Positions 1-13,960 are shown, counted from the first letter of the whole stretch. The stretch is DNA of 63,221 bases, filler included, from Choristocarpus tenellus KU-1152 (GCA_964200185.2; 14 parts of 14 records of this genome joined end to end with filler, not necessarily neighbours in it); one strand, 5' to 3'. A program made the numbers and translations. The notes: generated from the sequence alone by a model not told the origin.

Positions 1-135
1 AAAATGAATTCATTTTTTTGTTATTTTTTTATTTTGGAAATACCTTGAGAGTATACATACTTTTTTTAAATGTATATTTTTTAATATATATACATATATA
101 TATATATTATTTTCACCTACCTTTTGTCTTCCCAG

Positions 136-2636
136 GTTTGTGAAGGTGTGGGGTCTAGGTTCACCCACCCCTCACTTTTCACTGGAGGGTCATGAAAGGG
201 GCATCAACAGCATTGACTACTACCCGGGTGGAGATAAGCCCTACCTTCTCTCAGGCATGCGACTTGGGTTTAGGGTTAGGATTTAGGTTACTGGTTGAGT
301 GTGTTACAAGGTTCTTTGAGATTATGGTCTGGAGCAGACTTACATGTTGAGGTTGGGGGGTTATATAGAGTTTTACCTGTTGGGAGTTGTGGTTAAATCA
401 TCTTTTTGATTAGTATTGTAGATCTTTTGATTTGTATTGTAGGTCTCTCGGGTTGAGGTTAGGGTTAGGTATGACATCATCACTGAGAGTCTTTGGGGCC
501 CGGGTTATGAAAATATGGTTCTGGGGTGGCCCGGGGTGTAGATTCTGGTGGTGAAATTAGGGTTGGGGTTAGGGTTAGGGTTAGGGTTTTACCTATGTTG
601 GTTAGGGTTAGGCTTAAGAGGTTACTGTTGAGATTTGTGGTTTTGGGGGAGATCGTGGTTTGATTTTTTTGCTCGAATCATGGGGTTAGGGTTAGGGTTA
701 TGTAGTATCGATACATGCTTAATTCAGTTGTGTGACCCAAGTCATTTTTCCGTTATTTTTTCAGTTACGTAAAGAAAAAGTAACGTACGTGACGAAAATT
801 ATTTTTTAGTTTTTTTTTTGTATTTAGTTGTGTGACTCAAGTAATTTTTCAGTTTTTTTTTTAGTTATTTTATGTTCAGTTTTGTGACCCAAGTTATTTT
901 TTTTTAGCTTTTTTGCAGTTACATTAATCGTGGCTATGTTCATGATTGAATCCACTCATCGACCCGGTCCTGAGTTGATTAACCATTATGATGACTGATC
1001 CACAGGTTCTGATGATCGGACGGTGAAGATCTGGGACTACCAGACCAAGAGCTGCGTGCAGACGCTCGAGGGGCACGCCAACAACGTCTCCGCCGTTCTC
1101 TTTCACAAACGCCTTCCTGTTATAATTTCTGCGAGTGAGGATGGTACTGTTCGACTCTGGTGAGCTTTTGTTGTAGATAATGATATATATATATATATAT
1201 TTGTATATATATAGTACTTTTATTTATCTATGTTTATTTTTTAATTTTTTGATTAAAAAAAAAAGTTGTTCAATATTTCCATCACCGGTGGTAACAGGTC
1301 AATCAATCCATGCGCTCTTTGCTATTTCCATGTAGGCTAGAATGTGTGTGTGTGTGTGTGTGTTTATGTATGTTTTTTGTGTGCATGCAGTGACGTGCGA
1401 GGTGATGATGTAAGCTTTTTTTTTTCTTGATCTGTGATGAGCAGTAACATATTATTATTATTATTATTATTATTTTGTAGTGTTTTTTATTAGCGTCACT
1501 AGTTTACTTTTATTTGGTTATATTTATTGCATTACTAGTTACGTATTATTTGTTATTTTTTATTACTTTTAGTATTTTACCAATAATTTGGTTTTATTTT
1601 ATTCTTACTACGTTTTATTTTCTCGCAACTGTTACTTATTTTTATTCATTTATTTTTGTTTTTTTCTCTCATCGAAACTCTGTTCTAAAATTATTAACTG
1701 CCTCTCTCTCTATTTATATATATATGTCTCTCTTGTGGTGGGTGGTGATACGGGCGGTGATGGTATTGCTTGCAGGCACTCAACCACCTATCGGGCAGAG
1801 ACTACCCTCAACTACGGCATGGAGAGGGCATGGGCTTTGGCCGCTTCCCCTGATAACAACAAGGCGAGTCAAATTAAAATTATATATATTTTAAACACTA
1901 CTGTACAATATATATATATATATGATATTTAATAATAATGTTGAGAATGCGCTGTGTGAGCTTGGAACAAGGTTGGTATATTTTTTGTTTTTTTTAAAAT
2001 ATGATTAGAACGACCACTGTACTATAATATAATAATAATAATAATATTTGATAATGTTGAGAATATGCTGTATGAGTGTGGAACGAGGTGTTATATATAC
2101 GTTTTTTTCGAATGATTTAAAACACTATTGTACTATAATAATAATATTATTAATCACAATAATGACGTTAGGAATATGTTGTGTGTATGAGCAAACAGCA
2201 AGGCGGTATTTTTGTTTTTTATTATTTCATTTATTTCCTTTTATTATTATTATTTTTTTAATTCTTTCCCCTCTCTTTACTAAACACTTCAAGGTTATTA
2301 TTGATAACAATAATATTTGCCTCTCTCTCTGTGTGTGTGTGTGCATGTGTGATTCTGTTCCTTTTTTTCTAAATTTTTTGAGAGAAGTACGGCGTGTTCT
2401 TTTTTAAATGAAACTGCTCATTTTTTTTTTGTTTCATTGTATTATTCTGTTTATTTGTTGACTTCTTTCTTTTTTGTGCATTTTGTTCCGTGTATAGGTA
2501 TATAAGCATGATTGTGTCTTAATTTTAATTTTGTTTTGTTTTTTGGCAGGTGGCGATTGGTTTTGATGAGGGTACAATTGTTCTCAAACTGGGTCATGAA
2601 ATGCCGGTTGCCTCCCTGGACACACACACTGGGAAG
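136..2636 (+). CDS. COPB2: Coatomer subunit beta' (WD40), four internal exons: 136-254, 1006-1159, 1776-1863, 2550-2636
   Basis: Spliced translation [62 protein letters not shown]...[20 protein letters not shown]...[15 protein letters not shown] matches COPB2/Sec27. Exon phases are compatible. Introns 1 and 3 start with GC. Confidence 0.95.
557..700 (+). repeat. Interstitial telomere-like (TTAGGG)n; further short tracts near 10040, 30710, 31840, 44930, 50415, 52200
   Basis: Short TTAGGG/CCCTAA runs. Confidence 0.8.
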
Positions 2637-3566
2637 GTGAGAGGAGGGTTTTTTATTTCTTTTATGGTATCTTTTGGGTTTTTTGTGATATCATCACCCT
2701 CCCCCCCAGCAGTCCGAAGGCTCCTCCTTTGTTGTTTCATGTTTTTATTTACTGTCTTTATTATTCTTATCCGTCGCTTTTTTTTAATTAGTTGTTTTTT
2801 GGATCTTTTTGGAGTAGTTACAGGATGATGGGTGTGCAGACTCTCATCATAGCCGCTCTTTTGATTTTTCCTGATGTTACCTGATTTTGTGGGGGGGGGG
2901 AGGGGTTCAAACACTTGTTGTGTTGAGGTGGTTGAGGAATTTTATTACATTTGGTATTGTTTTTTTCTGGAATTTTGGTTTTCTTGTTTTATTTATTTTA
3001 TTTTTGGGGTTAGGGTTAGGGTTATGTTTTTTTCAGGGTATTGTTTTGCATTTTTTAGTAGGGATGCTATTTTGTAGAAAAAATGTTCCCGTTGCTGCAG
3101 ACAAAAAAAAAAGATGTCACTTTATATTTTCTGTAAAAATTAATGAAAAAATATGAGGGATTGTTTTTGGCGTGTAACTGAACAGTGGCAGGATGTCGAT
3201 CTTCATACCAACTCAACAATAAATGAATAAAAGGAGGTCATTAATGGTTAATAAACCTCTACTGTGGTAGTAAAATTATTCACGAAATCGCTTCTGATAT
3301 TTTTTTAATCGATATTGTGTTTTGTCGTTGTGAGTTTTGTAATCATCACGGCAGTTTTTTTTATTTCTATATTTTGATTGATTTTTAATTATTATTTTGG
3401 AAATACCTCCACTGTGTATACACACTTTATTTTTTTTAAAATGAATTCATTTTTTTGTTATTTTTTTATTTTGGAAATACCTTGAGAGTATACATACTTT
3501 TTTTAAATGTATATTTTTTAATATATATACATATATATATATATTATTTTCACTTACATTTTGTCT

Positions 3567-3666
3567 NNNNNNNNNNNNNNNNNNNNNNNNNNNNNNNNNN
3601 NNNNNNNNNNTTAATTAATTAANNNNNNNNNNNNNNNNNNNNNNNNNNNNNNNNNNNNNNNNNNNN
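3567..3666. other. Artificial contig linker (N-TTAATTAATTAA-N), recurring 13 times
   Basis: Identical 100-nt spacer with stops in all six frames at 3611, 7471, 10957, 15326, 19869, 25248, 32100, 37307, 40359, 46941, 49884, 55831, 58483. Confidence 0.98.
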
Positions 3667-4146
3667 CACATGAAAAAATTGACCCCAAATGGACAGCCGC
3701 CACCCCCTCCCAGATGCTTTGAGCCACAAACAGGGAAAAACTCGTACCCTCTAAGATACTTTAACTCAGCTACTGATCTTAGCAACACATTTTTGTGTTG
3801 TACACTGTAGTATATAAATAAATCGATACCATTCACTGCATCTACTGAACCACAAAAAAGGTTTGAATCATCCCTGATAACAAGAATTCAGCACACGTAG
3901 ATATTTGAAGAACGAAATATTTCATATTTTTGCTTTTCATACAAGATCCTCACATAAATATTGACCTGTATTTTCCTATGTAAATGTCAGTAGTAACTAT
4001 AAAACTCACGAACCATTCCCACTTCAGTCGCACAGGTATACTCCATGGACAGAGGTTGATAAGACGTCAGACCACTTGAATATTGAAGGACATCAGATGT
4101 AAACATTGAAGGATTGACTTGGGTTTAAAAAAAGAGTTTTGCACAC

Positions 4147-7100
4147 CTAATATTGACCTCCTCTGGGGCACCATTTGCAATATACGTTTTGCAAATAAAG
4201 GTGAAGCTCTCAAATTGGTCTGCTTCCCTGCCTAGGAACCCACTGCAAGTCGAAAAGTCCCCATCTTGGTACCTAGATGCACATTGAGGAAATGACAAAG
4301 TCAGATCGTCGGCCAAGGGGAAAAAAATGTGGTTGGTATTTGCATATTGAATTGGATCAGAAGGAAGATCATCACACCATGCTGATATGGAGACACCTAC
4401 ATGATTGGCACACATACTCTCGATTAGAGGCAAGACTATTTATGTGATTATTTCGACCTAAATGGCGTGTTTTACTGTACCATACACTCTAATTCGGAGT
4501 TACCGTAAGATAAACAAGTGCATATAATGTCAATGCGGTGATGGTTGGAGCACAGCCAATTCCTGAACAGGTCAAGTTACTGAAAAACTCTGAGAACTCA
4601 CTTATCAGTTTATGTACCAAGTTTAAAGCTATGCGCAGCTGATTCATAAAAAGCCACACTGCACTAGTACTGCAGATACGTTGGTCAATAATCCTACTAC
4701 CTTACCCAACCCTCAATTTGCAACCTCTGACAACACATCTGCTCTTGACATAGAATGTTCTCGAAAAACTACAAACAAAATACCCTGAGGAGTACTTTTG
4801 TGTCTAACTCTACATATAAACACATTTACATAACCTTCTAGCCTATCAGTGGCTCCAACATCTTCCTACTTGCCTGGAAACCTCGGTGAGGAAAAGGATA
4901 GATTCATGACACAATGCCTTTCGTGCAAACTCCTCAAAGGCAGATGCCAACATGGGTGTAGATGCTAACCGCTCAAAGTTCCACCGTGGGTCAGAGGAAG
5001 AGGAGGTGACGCCAACAGAAAGAGATTGCTCTATTGAGGTGTGTCCTCCTGCCTGTGATTGGTCTTCAGTCACACCAGCGTTGCTCTCCATGGCGTTAAT
5101 GTCAGGACTTGTATCTATGTTGATCGAGGGGGACCTTCTGTGCAAAGAGGTGGGTACAGTCGATGACAGAAATCCCAATTCGAGTAAGCTATACACATAA
5201 GAGAAAAAAAGAAAGAGCAGTTTCTCCTTACACGTATCTCAGTTTGAGTTTGACATAGATACATGACCTGGTTCTCCTTGCAATTGGTTGGCTTATTGAG
5301 GTGACACCACAGACAAAGTCTGTCTTACCATTTTGATCTTGAAGCGAGTTGGTGGAAAAATAGTAGAAAAGGCAGCCCAGCAAAGACAAAAACCATGCAG
5401 TCAGAAAATTGTGCAGCAAACTCTTCAGTTGCATGACTCATTATCTAGTTACTTTAGGTTCTATTCCGGATCCACCTCTCTTTAAGGGCTAGGGTTTGCT
5501 ACATCACATCTGCATGCATACTCACGATGAGCTCTGACCAATTCTGGAGCTGATATTGCTGCTTCTACTAGTTCGACTGAGGAGAACTCTGTTGGCATAG
5601 GATCTTTTGGAGGCCGACAAGGGATCAAAATGCAGTCGCCACATTGGCTCCAGAATGCTGAAGATCCACATAAATGTCAGAAAAAAGGATGATGGACAAG
5701 TAGTATGTTAGTCACAGAAGTTTCAACATTGTGACCGTTAGGTCTTTTATAGAGCAGAGGTCAGATCTAACAATAAGATTCAAAACGAAAATAAACGAGA
5801 ATAGCTATAATTTCAGCTGTCCAGAGTAGCAGCACTTTTAGGTGGTAGGGACAATAGGTACTCTAATTCGCCAGGCAACAGAGGGTTCCAAGTTCTGTTC
5901 TCTCAAGTATTTGAGAGTACTGTGCAGCACCACTGTCTATTTGTAAGGTTTATCTCACACATAACATCCTTAAGTTCTCCCACTAGTACCTGCTATATTA
6001 GTTTGGCTTCAAATTTGCACATATCTTCACAGGGAGTACGGTTATGTGTTCAATTCAACGGAAGTCATGGAGGGATTTCATTAAACACCACTTGTGTGAC
6101 GTGGAACAATTTGGCATACCTGATGGAGAGGAACAAGTTTGTGGCTATGACTGAGACGTTCTGGACACTCATCCATACTTGAACATTGGAACTCCCATAA
6201 TTAGGGACAACCTTGAAGATGACTGCACAAAGGGATTGCATCTCACATCAGTCAACACAAGGTTAGCGATGGGAGTGTAAAGCATTGTGGAGGAGACGCC
6301 TGAGTGGTGGTAGTAAATTAAGTCTAGAGTGGAATACTTCAGCCCTCCAGAGAAACAGTGGCTTCACTCCACCCTTTCAAATTCACACCACAACAGCATA
6401 GGTAGACGTTGAGCAGATAATTGTGACAGCTGGAGCAATCACCCAGAAAAGGTTTGAAAAATGCCCAAATTTCTTTTCCTGTGAAGTGGACATGATACAA
6501 CACCAGCATTCACAACATGTACCCTGAAAACCGCAGCGAGAGAAAATAAATAAACACGTTTCAAACAGTAAAGAAGTCAAGCAATTGGAAGGGGAGATCT
6601 ATCTTTAGGTACTCGAAACTGTAATGAATCTCTTTGCGGTACACACAAGTCAATGTTTGATCTACCAGGGCCCTCTGCAGCAGCATAAACGGGGGAAGTC
6701 ATACAGCACATGTGAACTCTTAGGCAAGCACAATGGAATGGAACACATGTACCCTAGCACTTATGAGAGAAGGATAATATACCAGTAGAATACGTACCAG
6801 CCCAGCTGATCAAGATAAGCATTGCAAACACAAGCTCTTTGCTGATGTCAAAGATGTCATCGACATTCCTGTCGAAAGCACGTACATGTTAATAAAGGGT
6901 GAAGATTGCTGTGAGAAAAGGTAAATTTTGAGGTGAACTACCAACTATACATGAGTCAAAGTATCTTAAAGGGTATAGAGCCGTGTTCATTTGGGGCTAA
7001 ATTCCAACGTTGCGATTTTGATGTAATTCTGGCTATCGTGTTTGTTAGGAAGTGTCAATATCCCTTCTTCCAGATGCACCTTTTCATATGAAGTATACAT

Positions 7101-7330
7101 TTTACCTACATCAAAATATTTCGGAGTAGGTAAAATGTGAAAACAAGTTATGGGAAGCCAAGTCCCAAACGGACAAACAGGGAAAAACTCATACCCTCTA
7201 AGATACTTTCACCCACATGTGCATAAAGTCACGCACAGCACAAGAAACATATTTTTTTCTTATTTTTCACATACCAGTGAGAGAACGGTCTGGAAGATAG
7301 GGAAGAAAGCAACTAAAGATTACTTCTAGC
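4147..7330 (-). CDS. 7TM-RGS-type protein (TM helices plus C-terminal RGS domain), multi-exon fragment
   Basis: Exons 5188-4874 and 4272-4147 give RGS-like AFEEFARKALCHESILFLTEVSRYQ...FICKTYIANGAPEEVNI. Upstream exons encode hydrophobic helices (LVAFFPIFQTVLSL; NVDDIFDISKELVFAMLILISWA; VWMSVQNVSVIATNLFLSI). Confidence 0.75.
6953..7214 (+). mobile_element. MITE-A (~255-260 bp, Sola2-like ends), intronic
   Basis: TIR GAGTCAAAGTATCTTA...TAAGATACTTTCACCC; 4-bp TSD ACAT. Confidence 0.9.
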
Positions 7331-7739
7331 TGGAGCACACCATGATATCACGTCAGAGTCAAAGTATCTTAGAGGCTAGAGCCGTGTCCATTTGGGGGCC
7401 AAAATCCAATGTTGCGATTTTGATGTNNNNNNNNNNNNNNNNNNNNNNNNNNNNNNNNNNNNNNNNNNNNTTAATTAATTAANNNNNNNNNNNNNNNNNN
7501 NNNNNNNNNNNNNNNNNNNNNNNNNNTTTGGCGGCCTTTACCCCGCCCGGTCTCTTTAGAAACCCGGTCCCGGTGAAAAAAACCCCAAGCGTGTTTTTTA
7601 CCCCCAAACCCCCCCCCCCCCCCCCCCTCCATCTAATCTCCCCCACTCAAACTTCCTTTCATAGACAAGGATAGGGAGGTATATTATTATAGCATAGAGG
7701 ATTGAAGGGAACAAGGCCGAGAATCCTGATTTAACCAGA

Positions 7740-10700
7740 AACTGGCTAACGAGCTCTTCCCATTGCAATTCAATCAACACCTCATCCTTTCCTGCCGTCA
7801 AGCCTCCATTCTGCCAGAGCTGCAAGGTGTCCCTCTAACCACGAGGATGATCCTCTGCATCCAATAATAAGGTGCACCATTGAGGTTGATGAGATAATAA
7901 TAAGGTGCACCATTGAGGTTGATGAGATAATAATAAGGTGCACCATTAAGCTTGATCAGATACCACAATGCCTCCACGATGGACGTAACTGTGTCTTACT
8001 TCAGACAGTCCGTATTTCATTTTTTATTTTTTGTCTATTGGGATAATCGACATTTCAATTTGAGCGGCGTCATGAGTATAAAATTTCCAATAAATTTCCA
8101 ATAAAATTTCAAACAGACTCTTCAACTATTGATAGGTAGTAGTAGTAGAGCACAGCAGTTCTTGATAGAGGGTACAGTTACAGTGCTACTTCTAGGGGTG
8201 GAAAAGTACAGCAAGTCCTTATTGATAGATGGTAAGAGTGCAGCAGTTCCTGGTACATGGTACATGGTACAGTACTTCAGTGCGATGTTCTTTCCCGCTA
8301 GGTCATTGGTCAGTCTTGAACTGGAGAGGATCGACACAATTATCTGCAGCCTTCCAGAACTCACATCCTTAGTGAAGTCGATGCTCATCTCTACAAATAC
8401 GTCAAGATATAACCCTTAAAAACAAACTCCTTGTTACCAAGTAAAGAAAAAATAAATCACAAGTACGCCTTCCATACTACCCCAAGTCATTTACACCAAA
8501 CCAAGCAAGCACTAGGACCCATGAAAAAAAAGAAAAGGATAATAGATGTACACAGGTGGGAAGAGGTAGGAGGGGTTACCTGCAATCAACCGTACCCTCT
8601 CAATGGACTTGGTACCACTACAGCTCCACTACGAACCATACTGGAACTGCAATGCTTAATAAATAAAATAATAGCATGGTTCTAAGAAAGCAGCAATACT
8701 ATCAAGAAAGTAACAATACTATTAAGGTGCCAAAGAAAAGCTCACTCACTGTGCTGTTTGGCTGAGTCTCCTTCTTCCCAGGGTCACAACCAGGTTCCAC
8801 GGTGACCATCTCCTCCTCCTCCCCCCCCCCTCCTTCGGCGAGGATACAAGAAGAACTGGGTTTAATCTCATGAAAACTCTTCACTGAAGGAAGCATGCGA
8901 GCACGTGGTGTGTATGTACTACACCTACTTCCTTACCACACTGTGAAATAAAGACTTCACAACAGTTTTTTTTTCCTTTCATCTCCAAAGGATACACTCT
9001 GTTTCTGTTATCGTCCACGGTTGGTTGTTTCCTATCACATCAAGCACAACTTCAAGATGACTGTGTGTGCATGTGTATGTATGTGTGTGTATGTATTTCC
9101 TGTGTCATCCATCCAGTGACATCTAAAAAAAGAGTAAACAAAGTAGAACACCAGCAAAATTTTTATTATGGTAGCAAGAGCACCGCTTAAATATTTAAAA
9201 ATGCTACAAAATGGCAACACTAGATAGTATGGTAACACTAGATAGTATGGTAATATTAGATAGTATAGTAATACTACATAGTATGGTAATACTACATAGT
9301 AATAACAAAAAAACAGAAAAGGTGACCATCATGATACTTTGAATAAAATCCCTACAAAACAAAACCAGGTATATCCTCTCTTTGTCAAAACACTCCTTCT
9401 ACAGTGAGAGTACATTCCCCCCTACACATTTTGCATCACACACCACTCCTCCCTCCCTCCCCCTACATTCCTATCAATCCATCCACCCACCCATCCGCAC
9501 CTCCTTTCTGCCCCCAGACAAATCCGTAACTACATCTTCAACCAGTGGTCTTGGGGATTCAGATATTGGCACGTGTAGCAAGGGCTGAGGAGGAAGGACA
9601 GGCATGGTCACAGTCAAAACCCTCCTTCCATCAGAGCCTGCCTGGGAGAGCCGGGCTGTAGCCTTGGACTCATCTGCCACAGGGTACTTCAGTGACAGGT
9701 CTAGGTACCTTTGAAGGGAAAATAGAAAAATACCAAAGGGTGAGGTATGGTGAGGTGAGGTGTGGTGAGGTGAGGTGAAGAATATATAATACAACAAAAA
9801 ATAAGAAAATGATAATATCAATAAGAACAAAAATAATAATATAAAACAATGCGAGCGGAAGGTTCAGATACCCTGAAAGGAAAAAAAAAACGCAAATAAA
9901 GCCAGTCCAGTGGGGTGAGGTAAAACAAGAAAAAAGGTACAATATCTTCTGTGGCAGGAGTTATACCATCTCTCCCCCTGTTCAACACCGGTTCAAACAC
10001 TTCATGATCGAATTAGTAATGAACAGACGGAGTATTACATAACCCTAGCCCTAACCCTAACCCTAACCCTAACAACAACAACGTTAATAAATTTAACAAT
10101 TAGGTACAATGCCTGACAATACCCATTTCCATCAAATGATGTAACGTAACATACACAAGCACGTGTTCCATATAGAATATTTAGGGTTAGGGTTACAGGA
10201 CATTCACAGCGCAAACCAAGGGTGATGGCAACACAAAAAAGGTGGGAAGGGAGAGAGAGAGAGAGAGAGAGATCGCGTGAACTTCCCTGTCTAAAAATAT
10301 TCAGAATATATTTTTATTAGTTTAAAAACAAAAAATAGTATAAAATATAAAAATGACATTGCAAACAAAAAAACAAATTCCTGCCTCCAAATATATCTAA
10401 AAATAAAAAAGAGCATCGATGTGTGTCACTTCGAAGCCTCTATTCATCGTTTAACCCCCCGATAGTACCTCTATTCGTCACTTCAAAGAAGTTTGTGGGG
10501 GTCAGGGCTGACTGACTATAAATGTAGTAGAAGGCGGTAGAAAAAAGGTTTTCATTGCCTTGGTGGGGAGTTTTGCAACAAAAAAATGAGAATAATCTGG
10601 CATGGTCTGCCCTGTTCTACACTACCCGCCTGCAAAGCCATAACAAACGCCTTCCCAATGATGTATATTTCCTCATCCAGGTAAACCGTTCACTCAGAGA

Positions 10701-10855
10701 CTAATACCAGTAACGAACAGGAGGGAGATCAAACTCAAACTAGATCAACGCCTGCGATGTCATTCATACCTAGGGGGCAAGCCCTTCGCATCGTCAGTAC
10801 ACCCAAGCTTGAGAGTGTTCGTCCCCATCTCTAGGTCTAGCTTGCTCGCATGCAC
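7740..10855 (-). CDS. PIH1/CS-domain protein, probably kintoun (DNAAF2/PF13)-like. Best exons are 10855-10770 and 9708-9501; downstream exons uncertain
   Basis: Spliced VHASKLDLEMGTNTLKLGC...PRYLDLSLKYPVADESKATARLSQ...RVLTVTMPVLP resembles the PIH1 CS domain (LDLPYPVD...A.F....LTVTLPV). The apparent long C-terminal extension favours kintoun. Confidence 0.6.
7863..7945 (+). repeat. 33-bp tandem repeat, about 2.5 copies
   Basis: AATAATAAGGTGCACCATTGAGGTTGATGAGAT repeated. Confidence 0.85.
9215..9303 (+). repeat. 18-bp intronic minisatellite, about 5 copies
   Basis: AACACTAGATAGTATGGT units. Confidence 0.85.
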
Positions 10856-11049
10856 CTGAAAAACAATAAAAACAAGAACAAAGCGAGAAAAGAGGGGTGG
10901 CGGGGGGGGTGGNNNNNNNNNNNNNNNNNNNNNNNNNNNNNNNNNNNNNNNNNNNNTTAATTAATTAANNNNNNNNNNNNNNNNNNNNNNNNNNNNNNNN
11001 NNNNNNNNNNNNTAGACCCCCCCCCCCTCTCCCAGATACTTTGGGTCTG

Positions 11050-13960
11050 ACAAGTTCACGGACAATCCACCTCCAATATTACTTTGCAGAACTTCTTGTG
11101 GATGGTCTTGGCAAGTGGAAATATTGATGACCCAGGAAACGAAACATTTCCTGAAGTGTTGCCTTGGTTGCTAGTGCTACAAAAGTCATGTTCATTTCTT
11201 GTCACAGCCTCAGCATATAACCCCAGGGTGCTTTATCAGACTGTAGACTCCTAGTTTATACCTGAAACAGTGGGGAATATCCAGGCCCTGTCTGTCGAGT
11301 TCTCTACAAAGGTGGAAAGGGGACCAAGTCCACTTCTTGCACTGAGTCAACTCAATGCACCGTGGGGCAGGGTGGTTACAACATATTTCGTCATCTGCAA
11401 CAAGATGGTTCTTCACCTGATTTTGAGTGTATCCAGGCTGGATTACAATACTGAGACACTACTCACTTTGCATAAGACATTGGATCGAGGGGATGCTGCA
11501 AAAAGAGTGTATGAGAACAGTTTGCCCAGGTCCTAAACGGGAACGGAACAAGAAGCAATAGCAGTCATGCCCTGGTCACTGGAAGTTCATCTCATCGCAA
11601 CGGCCAAGGCCATGACAGGATGCGAAATTCATTGGCAGAACAAAAAGGTATGATGGACAAAAGAAGAACACTAACTCTAATTCTGATTCCAAGGGGTCCA
11701 AGAAACTTCCTTGTGAGGAGGTTGCCTGCCCAAGCAAGATCTGTAGTAATTGCACCAAATGTGCTCATTGTGCTGTTCCATGCCCTTTGGTCTTGATGAT
11801 CTCAGGACCAGGTGATGCAAGAAAGGAGGATAGAGAGCATGCAGGAGGTGACCTAGGACAAGTCCTTCAAAGATACCATGGCTAGTGCATTTAACCATGG
11901 TGATCAGGATCAATTCATGTTGATAGCAATTAAGAAAGACTATTTGAGTGGAAGTATCTTAGAGGGTACCGAGTTTTGACCTGTTTGTCCATTTGGGGCT
12001 TTGCTTCTCACGGGTTCTTTATGACATTTTCCTACTCCGAAATGTTTCGGAGTAGGTAAAATGTATACCTTTTAATAAGGTGTGTCCAGAACAAGGATAT
12101 TGACATCTCCTAACAAACATGATAGCCAACATTACATCAAAATTGCAACATTGGATTTTGACTCCCAAATGGACGCAGCTCTACCCTCTAAGATACTTTG
12201 ACTCTTTGCAACAATGCTCCGGCAAGTGTGGATTAAAAGAGTGTTCGGTATCATGTATTGGGGGTGACCAAAAAAATGAAGAGTGGATTTTGTACAACAC
12301 AGCTTAATATCATTCCCGGCAGTATAACTTTTTCAAAGAGGTTAATGTCTAATTACAGGCCTTACCTCGATAACTAAAATAATATGTCATAACTGCCTTA
12401 CAGAAATCATTCTTTACCATGGGTCACGACAACTTGGCGGTGGTGTTTCCCTTGCATGATGATGACGCAATTGATATATCACACACCAGAACGCTGCCAG
12501 CATACCAACTCTTAGTTTCAACACTTTCTCCTACCAAGTCACAGCAGACTTGGGTGTAAAATGCTCTGGTACAGTCATTGACTTTTCTCTTCTAGATAAA
12601 AAAACTAGTCTCCAAACAAGATCCAGGTTGCTGCTACACCCTTAACGGCCAATGCTCTTTGTCATGGCCTGTATAAAATCAACGACATGATTCTGAAGGC
12701 CACACTAACCCCCTTCCTCACACCACACGCTCCCCTTACAAAAGTCGACATTAACTTCTACTATTTCTATGGTCATGCTCACGATGCACTGCTCAAGTCA
12801 ACTACTGCTGCAATGGGGAATTTATTGGTGAGTAACTTGGAGTCATGTGCCGGTTGCTCCATGAGCAAGGGCATTTGGCAAAGATGTTAAATGCATGAGG
12901 TCATCCTTCGTATCTACATAGTATAGGTGTAGGGTTTTCATCATACGTGCACGTATATACTTCCGGATGCAGGAACGGAAGGCTCTTTCCACAGGCACGT
13001 TATTTACATGCACACTTGACTTCAATAGACTGGAAAAGGACCAAAAATAGGTGGGGTTCCACACCTTGGGGAAGTGTTTGAGAATATCATATGTGGGATT
13101 TGTCTGTACTCTACAGCAACTTTCAAACGTCATACGTGCTTTGAAGTGTATTTATCAACTTAGTTCGGAAGGGGATCCCATCCAGCACATCATCATGAAG
13201 GGTGACAAAACTGGATCGTTTTTTGCTAATCTTGGACCGTTTTCTGTGTAACAACAGAAAGTTGTTCATCAAAGAATCTCATATACACGCCTACAGTAGT
13301 ACTCTTTTTCTCAGGCTACATATGGCCGACTCATGTTCTGATTTATGATGTATTTTGTCAGAATTTTTCTACATATAACTCTATGGTGAATATTCACAAA
13401 ATGGAAAAATCTAACTTTTGACCAACCCTTTGGATATGGCCAAAATCTAGATCCATGTAAGGCACTTGCTCTCTAATGTCAAATCAAAAATCGGAATATA
13501 AATCAGTCAAAAATAGCCCAGGTAGGATGGCACCATATGCTCGTATTTGGGATTCATTCACAGCCAACTTTTTCTTACTATAGAAATGGCCTTTTTGTGG
13601 TAAAAGAACGACCCTTTTGATTGGCAGCAAATGTTACCCAATGAAAAAAAGTTTGGATGACTTCTTTCATTTTGTGTGGTTCCACTTCCTTCATCTCAAG
13701 TTGGACACTGCCCAAGCTTCTAGAGGTACCTGGCTGATATCTGGGCAGATGGTACTCCCTCTTGGGTCATGTACGTGCGATCTGACAATGAGGGCAAGTT
13801 CTATGAGAGAGCTTTTGATGCCCTTTTTGGTCACTGTGGGATTAAACAATAACTCACTCCTGCAGACAGCCCTCAATTTAATGGGGTTTCTGATTAATAT
13901 TCTCTTTCTCTTTTCCCCCAACAGGTTTACTCAGACACATACATACCACTCTTTCCTCCA
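11050..13960 (+). mobile_element. Degenerate Ty1/copia retrotransposon (gag-protease-integrase)
   Basis: Remnants EEWILYNTA (protease), YGHAHDALLKSTTAAMG...LESCAGC (GAG-pre-integrase), VRSDNEG (integrase); collinear with the copy at 60060-63011. Confidence 0.75.
11946..12204 (-). mobile_element. MITE-A inside copia
   Basis: Both TIRs present; TTT(G) duplication. Confidence 0.9.

Noticed and set aside
557-700. True telomere
   Set aside because: Tracts are short, degenerate, intronic and in both orientations.
1514-3156. Hydrophobic ORFs in the ORF track
   Set aside because: These are T-rich COPB2 introns read through, not genes.
3611-3622. Regularly recurring TTAATTAATTAA palindrome
   Set aside because: Always embedded in identical N runs; an artificial six-frame-stop linker.
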